Assembly: GCA_050613775.1 (NCBI GenBank)
Contig: JBODTK010000144.1
Location: 124,001 to 188,000, forward strand
From: Neocallimastix sp. 'constans'
Lineage: Eukaryota
Length of the DNA stretch: 64,000 bases
Reading direction: 5' to 3'
Part shown: piece after piece, positions 12,635 through 23,337 of the stretch
Layout: every line of letters begins with the position of its first letter
How positions within the stretch are numbered: the stretch's first letter is position 1
The notes under the pieces: model-generated
The model's database searches: none
Seen by the model: the letters and a program-made list of their open reading frames with translations, nothing else
What the model was told of the DNA's origin: nothing
Translations under genes and position numbers: made by a program

Positions 12635-13232
12635 TGATACAATATAAGTAATAAAGTATCAGATTTCTATTTATAACGAGGTCGAGCAAATAGGGAATTT
12701 GTAAAATAATATATTCCAACTCAAAGATAATAAATAATAATTTACACAAATAATAAAATTTATTTATTTCTTTTTAAATCTTGTTTTTATTTATTTATTT
12801 ATTTTACATAAATTATTACAATTATATTTATATTCCTCTGAATATAATGATTTTTATCTATCTCTAATAATTCAATTTATATTAATATCTTAATAATAAT
12901 TTTACTTATAATTGTAGGATTCAACTCTTATCCTTTAACTATAAGTAATTACTTAATTATTTAAACTAAACTATAAGTTCTCTAAAACTATTATTTTACT
13001 CAATTAGAATTTTTAAAACAACAAGAAAAACTCTCTCTTTAACTTTTATTTCATTCTCTTCTTTTAAATTTATTAATTAATTTTATCTTGAATATTATTG
13101 GCTGTCTAATTAATTTTTAATCTATTTATATAATGATTTAGTATATTATATATTGTAATTATTTTTCACTATATTATTATAGGATTTTCTCTTTTGTTAA
13201 TTTTCTTGCGTATTTCTAGCTGTATTGTATCA
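12635..13232. mobile_element. Solo LTR, family A (inverted relative to 135-732)
   Basis: 598-bp reverse complement of 135-732 with about 3 visible substitutions; TSD ATAA (12631-12634/13233-13236). Confidence 0.92.
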
Positions 13233-13254
13233 ATAACTAGTAAATTAGTAACTA

Positions 13255-13309
13255 TGGTTCAATGGTAAGTTACCATAACCATCGGGCTGAACCCTTAGGG
13301 TTTGACACC
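13255..13309 (+). promoter_or_regulatory. tRNA-type (type 2) Pol III promoter in the F 5' LTR (B box carries a C>T change)
   Basis: A box TGGTTCAATGG 13255-13265; B box GGTTTGACACC 13299-13309; T8-G53 spacing 45 nt; T runs at 13323-13326 and 13333-13337. Confidence 0.7.
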
Positions 13310-13794
13310 CACTATTTCCAAATTTTAATAACTTTTTATTTATTATAACTAGAATATTAAAGAAATTACTAGTGTTTATCGGTTAAACAATTGAACCGAT
13401 AAAACTAGAAAAATCTATTTTATTAATATTTTTTATCATTTTTTTATCTAAGATTCATTTTCTAGAAAGAAAACTTGTTTTCTTTAATTTTCTTTAATTT
13501 TCTTTTATTTCTAATAATTACTAATAACAACTGATAACTTAAAATAATTAATTTTCCTGAAAAACTATAAATAGGTGTAAAATTTCATAATAAAATATTT
13601 TTACTTGTGCTTTTATTAATTAATTTTAAAGTAATTTAAAATATTACAATGATTAATTAATAAAATAATAATTTATATTTTTTACTAATAAAAAAACTTA
13701 TTTTAATAAAACATATTTTGAATTACTTTAGTGTCGAGAACCTTTTGTGTAAAAAACCTTATAACAATCTTAAGTAACATTAAGATTTGTTACA

Positions 13795-13804
13795 ATAAAA
13801 GCAC
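13795..13804 (+). promoter_or_regulatory. Self-priming PBS of F
   Basis: ATAAAAGCAC directly after the LTR is complementary to GTGCTTTTAT (13607-13616), which lies downstream of TATAAATA (13566). Confidence 0.75.
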
Positions 13805-13837
13805 CCTTTGACAAAAAACACGAAACCTTCTCGAGAC

Positions 13838-13930
13838 AAATCTACTCTTTTGGAATCTACTCTTTTAAGAATCTACTTTTTTGGAATCTACTCTTTTGTA
13901 ATATACTCTTTTGGAATCTACTCTTTTAAA
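13838..13930 (+). repeat. Tandem AATCTACTCTTTT(GG/AAG) repeats in the F leader
   Basis: About 6 imperfect 15-16-nt units. Confidence 0.8.
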
Positions 13931-14289
13931 ACTTTAAACAACTCTTGGGCTACCGCTAATAATTATATTATCACTAAAACAATATTTTTTCTGTGGAATA
14001 CTTCCTTAAAAAATTCTATTCTTGAATCTAGTATCTTTTGGATTATTTCTTTTTATAGGTTATCTACCTTTCTTTTGTATTCCTTCTTTACTCAAATTCT
14101 TGCCCAATTTTTCCTTAGATTCTTCGCTTACTCTTTATTATAAACATACTTTCAAATTAAATTCTATCTACCTTTGGATTCCTCTTTGAAACTCTACCTA
14201 TACCTTTTGGATTTTAATAAAAAAAAAAAAAAAAAAAAATTTTATTATTAAATGAATATATAACCCTAACCCTATATTCTATAATATAT

Positions 14290-14560
14290 TTAGGTGAATG
14301 AATATATAGTATCTTAGATAAATATTATAATAAAATTAATTGAACTAATATACTATTTATTAGATAAATTTATAGTAAAATTAATTGAACAAATATATTA
14401 TTTATTAGATAAATTTATAGTAAAACTAATTGAACAAATATACTATTTATTAGATAAATTCTGAAAGAAAATTAAGTGGACATATACATAATTTTAGATA
14501 AAATTTAACTATAATCTAAGTGAAAGAATATAATATATATTATGATAAATTAATACTTAA
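14290..14560 (+). repeat. ~43-bp imperfect tandem repeats in the F leader
   Basis: Recurrent TTTATTAGATAAATTTATAGTAAAA(T/C)TAATTGAACAAATATA unit. Confidence 0.7.
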
Positions 14561-14595
14561 AACTAAATACATATATTAATAATTAGCTAAATAAT

Positions 14596-14639
<44 letters not shown>

Positions 14640-15320
14640 ATAATAAAATTTACTAATAAGGAGAATCTGTATAGACAATCCTTATTCTCTTTTATTCTTT
14701 TTATTTAATTCCTTAATTTTGTGTTGGCCCTCGCTGGTAGGCTCAGACGTAAGTCCTACATCTCAGCTCTTTCAGTTAAAATTCACTGAAAGAACAGCAA
14801 CACAAAAAAAAAAAAAAGGGAAAAGAATTTTTAATTTTTAATAAGTTTTCGTGTCCATATTTTTAAGGTAATACGATAAATATACTAGGAGCGGTTAGAG
14901 CTCATAAACAGAGTTTCGGCGTATATTAACTAGTTTCAGTAGGTTAGAAACTATAGTCGTTAATTATTTGAATATAAACGGGCTTCAAAACCCTAGAGTG
15001 TAAAGAGAGTGTGGATTAAAAGAGAACCACATCCTACCAACCAACTTCAACAGTTCGGTGGTTGCTCTATTCGAATAAGCTCTGGCGAATAAGGAACTAT
15101 AGTCACCGAAGGCTATAGGTTGGTCGTGAAGGTAAAGCGACATTAAAATATATAGTTTTTAATTTTATTTTGAGGTCTAGTATATACCTCTAGTTAGTAG
15201 CTTTTGCCGGTTTTTTTTAGTTGTAAGACATTAAAAGCGAAATTTAAATTGTATTTACCTTAAATAAAAGTTCTTCAATAATTAAATTATCAAATAAATC
15301 TATTTTGAAAAAGCAAGAAA

Positions 15321-16570
15321 ATGGAAGAAGATACCTTTTTAAATGCCAGTGCTACCAATAAAGATGGATTCGCTGGAGATCGTCGTTACTTTAAAGGATT
15401 TTTAGCAAAAATGAATCTAATATTCATGCTTGATCCCGAACGATTTAATAATGATCCAATAAAGGTTGCGTATATCATTTCTAGACTCTACGGCTCTGCA
15501 ATGAACTGGGCTGCTACTTTAATTGAAAATAACGATCCATGTTTAAATAACTATCAACAATTCACCTCAAGATTTAAGGCTACTTTTGGGAGCTACGATT
15601 CGACTTTCATTGCTAACCAGAAATTGAAGACAATTAAACAAAGACGCATCGGTGAAATAACAAACTATATTCTCGAATTCAATAGATATTCTGACGAATC
15701 TTCATGGAATGAAGATGCTAAAATGGATGCTTTCCTCAATGGACTTAATGACCAAATTGCTACCAAAATATATGAAATGTTTCCAGGACCAAGATCTCTT
15801 TTCGCATTACAAACTATTGCCTCTAGACTAGATAGTCGTATTGCTGCGCATAGATAATTTTATAATCCACAAAACAGATCAAATAATAATAATAATAATG
15901 ATAACAGAAATAATAACAGAAACAATAATAATAGAAGACAAAATAAAGGGAAAAAGCCTTTCAAATTCAATACCCGAGGTCCTTTGTCTAATGAAGAAAA
16001 GGAAAGAAGAAGAAAAGAACATCTTTGTGCCTATTGTGGATCAGCTAACCATTCCCTTGACCATTGCCCACTAGTAAACAGAAATAAAGCCTCTTCAAGC
16101 AGTTCTCATATCACTAATCTTGAACCTAAAACCATTCCAAGAATAAGAATTTCTGATCAACCCGATGTAAAGCTACCAATTTTTGAATTCTCTCTTAATG
16201 TTTCCAATATTTCTACAAAAACTAAAATTCTTCTGGACTGCGGCTCTCAACTTAATTTAATGGATGTATACTTCGCAAAAGAAAACAATATTCCTTACTC
16301 TAGTGAATGTAATCTCCCAAATGTATCTGGAATCGGTGGTATTCAGTCAATCATAGGTAAAACTGCACCAATATCCTTAAAATATAAAAACCACATATGT
16401 AAAACAAGTTTCTATGTTGTTGACCTTCCTTCGTATTGTGCTATTTTAGGAATTGACTGGCTAGAAACTCATAATCCCACTATAGACTTTGCCTCAAAAG
16501 AACTCTCTTTCAAATCCAACTATTGTATTTCCAATTGTCTTGTACTTCCCAGCGCCTTCACTACTTATGT
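15321..16570 (+). pseudogene. gag: Element F gag-protease with an in-frame TAA at 15855-15857
   Basis: The 15321 and 15984 ORFs are in one frame separated by a single stop; CAYCGSANHSLDHC knuckle; LLDCGSQ protease. Confidence 0.88.
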
Positions 16571-17278
16571 TTTCTCAGATGTTACTCTAATTTTAAAGGT
16601 TCAAATTGGCATAATTATCTATTCCTTGCTGAATTCTGCTACAACAATTCTATTCAAGAATCATTAAATAAATCACCTTTCTACGCAAATTATGGTTACA
16701 ACCCTCGCTTCTCACCAGCTGTGCCAAGTTCTATTGATGTTCCGCGTTCTGAAGAATTTACAACAAACTTAGCGAAACTTTTCAAACAATTAAAAGAAAA
16801 TTTAAAACAAGCAAGAAATAAACAAGAAAAATTCGCCAACCAACACAGAATTAAAGCACCTGAATTCAAAGTAAACGACAAAGTTTGGATAAACAGTTCA
16901 CTCATACTAAGAAATAAAAATAAAAAATTAAAACCAAGAAAGCTAGGACCTTATAAAATAATTGAAAAAGTCTCTCCAGTAACATACAAAATTGATTTTC
17001 CAAAAAATATAAGAATACACCCAATTATCCATGTATCAGAACTTGAGCCATACTACAAAGACAATTTTAAAAGAAAAAAGGAACCTCCACCTCCAATTAT
17101 AGTTAATGATGAAGAAGAATATGAAATAGAAGAAATACCTGATAAAAGAAAACATTATGGAAAGATTCAATATCTTATTAAGTGGAAAGGATATCCTTTA
17201 TCTGAAGCATCTTGGGAACCAGAAGAAAACCTCAAATGTCCAGAAATACTCAAAAAATTTAATAAATCAAACAAATAA
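16571..17278 (+). pseudogene. Element F integrase C-terminus plus chromodomain (RT, RNase H and most of integrase deleted)
   Basis: FLRCY...AEFCYNNS...SPFYANYG...GPYKI...EYEIEEI...[17 protein letters not shown]. Confidence 0.9.
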
Positions 17279-18495
17279 ACTTATATTTAGAAAATGAATC
17301 TATAATATTAATTATACAAAAATTTATATTTATTAATATCAAATTTATTTCTATTAATATCAATATCAATAATCTTTACTATTTTTACTTATTAATATAA
17401 ATATTATTTAAATTCATGTAACCTTATTATTAATAATGTATTTTTATGTTTATCATGTATTGAAATTTTACACCAAATAACTATTAAAATAATTTATATA
17501 TTAAAATAATTAAATAAAATTTTCTTAGTATAGTTTAGCCTAGTTTTGAGATTCGTCTGGTATCCGAATCCTAGAGGAGGACCATGTTGTAAAATAAAAT
17601 ACTTATCAAGTCTAGGTTTGTGGCTATTCTAAACTAACTTTACTACACTAATAACACTATATCTTAAACCTCTATTATTTAATTAATTATTTTCTTTTTT
17701 AATTTCTTTTATTTATTTATTTTATTTATTAACTAATTTTCAACAACCACTTAACTGGGTAACGCAGGGTCCTTTACCGGAAAGCCTACTAGCAGTTAAG
17801 ATTTTAAAATAAAATTTAAAATAAAATTTGTTTTATAAAAGATAACTATTCTAATAATAGTTATAATACTAATTAATAAAATATAAAATTTGTACTATCT
17901 ATCTTATCTATAATATTTCCTATACTATTCTATTTTCTAACTAAACTATACTATTTTCTATACTATTTTCCAACTATCGTTCAATAGTTGAAAATTAACT
18001 CTTTTTATACTTTTTGAAAATTAAAATTTAAATTGAATAGATTGTAATAAACTAACTAAAATATTATTATATATTTGTAATTACATTTAATAATAAATTA
18101 CATGAATTTTTATGAGTTATTTTAATATAAAAACTATTTAAAACTATCTAATATTTCTAAAAATAAATAAACAAAACGGCAAGTTTTTGTAAACAAACGG
18201 AAAAGGCAATATTCCTTTAATTATTTTAATTTAACTAATTAATGACTAATTATTTTTTAATTTATGAAGTTTCGTGATTCAACTGAGTAATTGTTACGTA
18301 AATTCTCCAAATAATTTAGTCATAAATTTTTGAGAAAATTATTTAAATTAATAATTTGGAATACATTTAAATTTATATTAAAAATTTGGAAAACATTTTT
18401 ATCCACAATAATTTACATTACATTACATTTAAATACGTATTCAAATTATTAAATATTTTACATGCCCCTCTGTTTAAGTCGAGCCCCTGAGCGAC

Positions 18496-21400
18496 TTATA
18501 ATCTCGAAGGAACTCTATTTGTTTTATTGAACTCTTGAACTAATTGAGGATCAGTGATTTCATCTTCAGACAACCAAGTACATTCAGTAGCTGGAAGTCC
18601 TTTCCATAATATAAAGTAAAAAGGTTTATTGTTAACAACTTTAGCGGCAACAATCTTCAAAGGTTCCTTTCCTTCAGTATCAGTAGCGATCGAAGTAATT
18701 CGAGTATTAGTACTTGCACTTGATTCATCAAATTCTCTTTCATTGTAAGGTTCTAGGTTTGAAATATGGAAAACATTATGACACTTTATAGTATCAGGCA
18801 ATTCTAATTTATAAGAAACAGGGCCTGTTTTTTCAATAATTTTAAAAGGACCGAGTTTTCTATTTGTTAACTTAGCTGGACCTTTAGGAAGCAAATCTGG
18901 ACGCTTTAACCAAACTTTATCACCTACTTTTAATTTTGGTCCTACAATTCTTAAGTGATCTGCATATCTCTTATATCTTTCCTTAGCTTTTTCTAAATTT
19001 TTCTTGAGGAATTGCATGTTTTTCCTTATTTGTTCAACATGGTCAATGGTACTTGTTCTTCTGCTATCAGCAGGTATAACTGGATTGAATTTTGGATTAA
19101 AACCATAATTTGAGAAGAATGGTGTCTGATTAGTCGATTGTTGTAATGTGTTATTATATGCGAATTCAGCATAAGGAAGAATGTCCATCCAGTTATTTTT
19201 TCTTTTGTTAATATAGCACCTTAAAAATTGTTCTAATATACCATTAACTCGTTCAGTTTGACCATCTGTTTGAGGTTGATGTGCTGTTGACAAATTTTGA
19301 CGAATATCTAATAGACTGCATAATCGTGTCCAAAATTCCGAGGTAAATTGAGAACCCCTATCCGAAACAATATCATCTGGAAGGCCGTGTAAGCGAAAGA
19401 TTTCACGAAAGAAAACATCTGCAGCGATAACAGCGGTAGGAAGGTTTCTAAATGGGATAAAATGAGCCATTTTAGTTAATCTGTCTACTATAACCATAAT
19501 TACTGATTTGTCTCTCGATTTAGGTAAATCAGTGATGAAATCCATTGAAACATATGACCATGGTCTTTTTGGAGTAGGGAGCGGTTGAAGTAATCCATAT
19601 GGTTTATGACGATCATCTTTAGCTTGACAACAAATCTTACAAGAAGCAATGTACTTTACGATATCATCCGTCATTCTGAACCAAACAAAATTTCTACTAA
19701 TAACTTCTTTAGTTTTAAGAATTCCAAAGTGGCCTTGCACAGGATTATCATGGTGGATACCGATAATAATATCTTTCATCTTGTTAGGAACAAAGATAAG
19801 TCCTTTATAAAGAAGTAATCCATCCTCCTCAAGTTCGAAATCTTTCATTTTACTTTTATATTTATTGTTAGTAGTCGATACTCCTTTCTTTACGCTAATT
19901 AATTCCTGGATAAATTTATCCTCTTTTGTATTCTTTATTAATTCCTCTTTTAGTTGACCTTGGATTGAAGTGTATGAATTATTATCTAAGTCCATGATAG
20001 CGAAGCACGGGGTTGAGTCTTCTTCATCCTCAATTTCTTTATCTTCATAGTCTGGTCTTCTTGAAAAAGCATCTGGTTTTCCACCCTCTTTTCCTGGTCT
20101 ATATTGCAATTTATAATCGAATCGTGACAAAAATAAATTCCATCTAATTTGTCGTTGAGATAGAAGTTCTGGCTTACGAGGAAAAGTAAGATTTTTGTGA
20201 TCTGTGAAAATTGTAAACTGGTGTTTTGAACCCTCAAGGTAATGTCTCCATTCTTGTAATGCACACTTAACAGCTAAAAGTTCCTTGTCATAAATAGGGT
20301 AGTTTCTTACAGATTTGGACAAACCTCTAGAATAATAACAGATTGGATGTAACTCATTTGTATCCTTATTTCTTTGAGATAATACGGCACCAATTGCAAA
20401 ATTACTTGCATCTGTCTCTACTATAAACGGTAATTCTGGATCTGCATGAACAAGTATTGGTTCTTTTGTAAAGAGTTTCTTTAAAGTTTCGAATGCGACA
20501 GAACATTCTTCAGTCCATTCATATTTAACATCTTTTCTTGTTAAGTTGTGTAACGGCTTAGCAATTTTAGCAAAGTTTGGGATGAATCTTCGGTAGTAGT
20601 TGCATAAACCTATAAATGATTGTACTTCTTTGACTGTAGTTGGTATTGGCCATTCTAAGATAGACTTAACTTTATCCGGATCCATGGAAATTCCTTGATT
20701 GGATATTACGTGCCCCAAGAATGTTGTTTTCTGGACTTCAAATTCACACTTACTTAATTTTGCATAAAGTCCACTTTCTTGCAAACGTTTAAGAATCTTC
20801 TTCACATGCACGCGATGTTCTTCTAGGGTGTTTGAGTATATAAGTATATCATCAATATAAGCGAAAGCGAATTCATCTAAGTATTCCCCTAATACATCAT
20901 TAATAAAGTGTTGGAAAGTAGCAGGTGCATTCTTTAATCCAAAGGGCATTACTCGGTATTCATAATGACCGTATCTTGTTCTGAAAGCGGTTTTATACTC
21001 ATCTCCTTTACGAATTCTTACTAGATTATATGCTGATTTTAAATCTAACTTAGTAAAATACTTAGCTTCTCTCAATCTGTCAAAAAGCTCGGTGATTAAA
21101 GGGAGTGGATAGGAGTCCCTTATAGTATTTTCATTAAGTCTTCGATAATCGACACAAAGTCTTAAACTTCCATCCTTTTTTCTAACGAATAAAATTGGAG
21201 CACCAGCAGGAGATGTTGAAGGTCTAATGAAGCCTTTTTCTAAATTTTCTTTGATATATTCTTTTAAAGCTTCACGTTCTTCCTCCGTTAATGGATATAA
21301 AGGACCATAAAATAAGTCAACATCATCCTTTAATCTAATTTTACAGTCATACAACCGGTGAGGAGGTAATTTATCGCATTCTCTTTCATCAAATACACTT

Positions 21401-23130
21401 TTATATTCCTTATATTGTTCTGGAATCTCTTCTTTAACTTCATCTTTTATATTAATTTTATTTCTATCTTGTTTTTCTCGATCAATACTAGTATTCCCTT
21501 TTACATTTTCACATTTTTCTCTAATAACACGTAAAACTTTATCTTTACTTTCAGTTTTTGAAACACAATAAAATACATAATTTTCAATTTTATCTTTATT
21601 TAAATTTTTTCTTTTTAAACTCTTATTTTTCTTAACTAAGGCTTTTTTCATAACAGCCTTTTTACTACATACTTTACGAATATATGCTTTATTTTTTTCA
21701 ATCTCTAAACTACTTTTAAAATCATCATTATCTAATCTAATACAATTATCTTTATTATTTTCAACCTTATAATTAATAATTTCTTTTGCTAATTGGATTT
21801 TATTCCTGCGTTCTTCTTCTTCTTTTCTTCTTTTTTCTTCAACTCTTCTGGCAATTTCTTCGGCGGTAGCACAGCAGTTTCTTTTACAATACTGAGAACT
21901 GAATCTAATATTTCCGTGGTCAAATTCAATTGTTGGGCAGTGTTTCTTTAACCATGGATTTCCAAGGATAATGGGTATTCCTTCAGGTAAATCATAAATG
22001 TAAAAATTAATAGTTTCAGAATGCTGACCCATAACCATAGTTAAAGGAATGGTTTCATAGTGGATAATTCCATTTCCGTTAATACCTAAAACATTCTTTT
22101 CATAACGAAGACGTTGCATTGGAATACCATACCTGTCAACAACTTTTCTATCAATTAAGTTAAGGTCAGATCCGGTATCTAAAATTGCCTTTAGGATTAA
22201 TCCATCTCTGAACTTGATAGCTACATCGTAGGTGTGAGATAAACTCTTTTTACTAACAGTTATCTGTAATACCTTTTCTCTTCTCCGAATTTTCTCCTTT
22301 TGTTTAGGACAGTTAGACTTCAAATGATTAGTACTGTTGCATATAAAACATTTCTTAATTCTTGACAATTTATTTGCTGGCGGCATTCCATAATTTCTTT
22401 CGGTATCTTGGTAATTAGTTCTGTAGCGGCTTGTTCCTAAACTTCTGCTAAAAGGTCTAATTCTTATCTGGTCTACATCCATGGGGTCATTTCCAAAAAC
22501 ACGACGGTCTTCTTCAGCGTTGGCAGATACCACATTAATTAGTTCGTTGAGTTTCCTGATCCTGGGATAGATCAATCTTGTTCTTTCTTTTGCTCTTGCT
22601 GGCAATCCATCAATAAAAAAGTGAATCTTGGCTTCATCATTAAAGGAGGAGTCTCTGGCTACCTTTTCGAACTGATCACAGTATTCGGCGAGAGAACAAT
22701 AATGGTGGCTTTTTATCTTCGTAATCCTACTGTTGGCTACATCGGTACTGGCACAGGTTTTATATCTTTCTTTTAATGCATTTATAAAGAGATCGTAACT
22801 TTGGAGCAAGGGGCTTTCTTCTTTACACAAGTCAGCATACCATTCTGCAGCGGTTCCATCTAAGTAGCTGCTCACTACATCTATCTTGAATTCGTCATCT
22901 TCAATTGCTTCACCTTCTAAGTTATATTTGAAATATCTTGAAATTTGGCCTAAAAACGCTGACAGTTCGTTCCTTTTTCCTGAAAATACCTTAGGTTTTG
23001 GAATGAGGCGTGCCCTGGTATTGACGTGATTACCAGCCTCATTTTCTACTTCCATAGAGCTGGCTTCAGAGACTGCGTCAAAGTCTCTCCTAGCTCCTGG
23101 GTCTTGGTTGTTGATTCTCAAATACTCCAT
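18496..23130 (-). CDS. Element C Gag-Pol polyprotein (gag, CCHC, protease, RT, RNase H, integrase, divergent chromodomain)
   Basis: Uninterrupted ORF: CFICNSTNHLKSNC, ILDTGS, YIDD, TDAS, MDFI/SDRG/TER, C-terminal FYFILWKGLPATECTW; first ATG at 23130. Confidence 0.95.
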   Translation of the reverse strand: MEYLRINNQDPGARRDFDAVSEASSMEVENEAGNHVNTRARLIPKPKVFSGKRNELSAFLGQISRYFKYNLEGEAIEDDEFKIDVVSSYLDGTAAEWYADLCKEESPLLQSYDLFINALKERYKTCASTDVANSRITKIKSHHYCSLAEYCDQFEKVARDSSFNDEAKIHFFIDGLPARAKERTRLIYPRIRKLNELINVVSANAEEDRRVFGNDPMDVDQIRIRPFSRSLGTSRYRTNYQDTERNYGMPPANKLSRIKKCFICNSTNHLKSNCPKQKEKIRRREKVLQITVSKKSLSHTYDVAIKFRDGLILKAILDTGSDLNLIDRKVVDRYGIPMQRLRYEKNVLGINGNGIIHYETIPLTMVMGQHSETINFYIYDLPEGIPIILGNPWLKKHCPTIEFDHGNIRFSSQYCKRNCCATAEEIARRVEEKRRKEEEERRNKIQLAKEIINYKVENNKDNCIRLDNDDFKSSLEIEKNKAYIRKVCSKKAVMKKALVKKNKSLKRKNLNKDKIENYVFYCVSKTESKDKVLRVIREKCENVKGNTSIDREKQDRNKINIKDEVKEEIPEQYKEYKSVFDERECDKLPPHRLYDCKIRLKDDVDLFYGPLYPLTEEEREALKEYIKENLEKGFIRPSTSPAGAPILFVRKKDGSLRLCVDYRRLNENTIRDSYPLPLITELFDRLREAKYFTKLDLKSAYNLVRIRKGDEYKTAFRTRYGHYEYRVMPFGLKNAPATFQHFINDVLGEYLDEFAFAYIDDILIYSNTLEEHRVHVKKILKRLQESGLYAKLSKCEFEVQKTTFLGHVISNQGISMDPDKVKSILEWPIPTTVKEVQSFIGLCNYYRRFIPNFAKIAKPLHNLTRKDVKYEWTEECSVAFETLKKLFTKEPILVHADPELPFIVETDASNFAIGAVLSQRNKDTNELHPICYYSRGLSKSVRNYPIYDKELLAVKCALQEWRHYLEGSKHQFTIFTDHKNLTFPRKPELLSQRQIRWNLFLSRFDYKLQYRPGKEGGKPDAFSRRPDYEDKEIEDEEDSTPCFAIMDLDNNSYTSIQGQLKEELIKNTKEDKFIQELISVKKGVSTTNNKYKSKMKDFELEEDGLLLYKGLIFVPNKMKDIIIGIHHDNPVQGHFGILKTKEVISRNFVWFRMTDDIVKYIASCKICCQAKDDRHKPYGLLQPLPTPKRPWSYVSMDFITDLPKSRDKSVIMVIVDRLTKMAHFIPFRNLPTAVIAADVFFREIFRLHGLPDDIVSDRGSQFTSEFWTRLCSLLDIRQNLSTAHQPQTDGQTERVNGILEQFLRCYINKRKNNWMDILPYAEFAYNNTLQQSTNQTPFFSNYGFNPKFNPVIPADSRRTSTIDHVEQIRKNMQFLKKNLEKAKERYKRYADHLRIVGPKLKVGDKVWLKRPDLLPKGPAKLTNRKLGPFKIIEKTGPVSYKLELPDTIKCHNVFHISNLEPYNEREFDESSASTNTRITSIATDTEGKEPLKIVAAKVVNNKPFYFILWKGLPATECTWLSEDEITDPQLVQEFNKTNRVPSRL

Positions 23131-23326
23131 TCTATTTATAAACCTATTTTTATTACTAAACAATAAACTATATACTATACTATAACTAATTATTAAATCC
23201 ACCTTTATTTACTATTACTAATTTTAAACTAAAATTTTTTTTTTTTTTTTTAAAAAACTAAAACTAAAAATATTAACTATTCCTTATTTCTTAATAATGC
23301 CACAAAGGTAAACTTCTATTCTAAAG

Positions 23327-23337
23327 AGTTGGAAAAT
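23327..23337 (-). promoter_or_regulatory. Self-priming PBS of C
   Basis: Minus-strand ATTTTCCAACT is complementary to AGTTGGAAAAT at 23725-23715 in the 5' LTR, about 30 nt downstream of TATAAAA. Confidence 0.8.

Noticed and set aside
13248..13320. Functional tRNA gene inside the F LTR
   Set aside because: A and B boxes are correctly spaced, but acceptor and anticodon stems cannot be formed; treated as a promoter mimic.
14725..14740. HDV-ribozyme-like CCTCGCTGG
   Set aside because: No P3 partner or nested double pseudoknot could be built.
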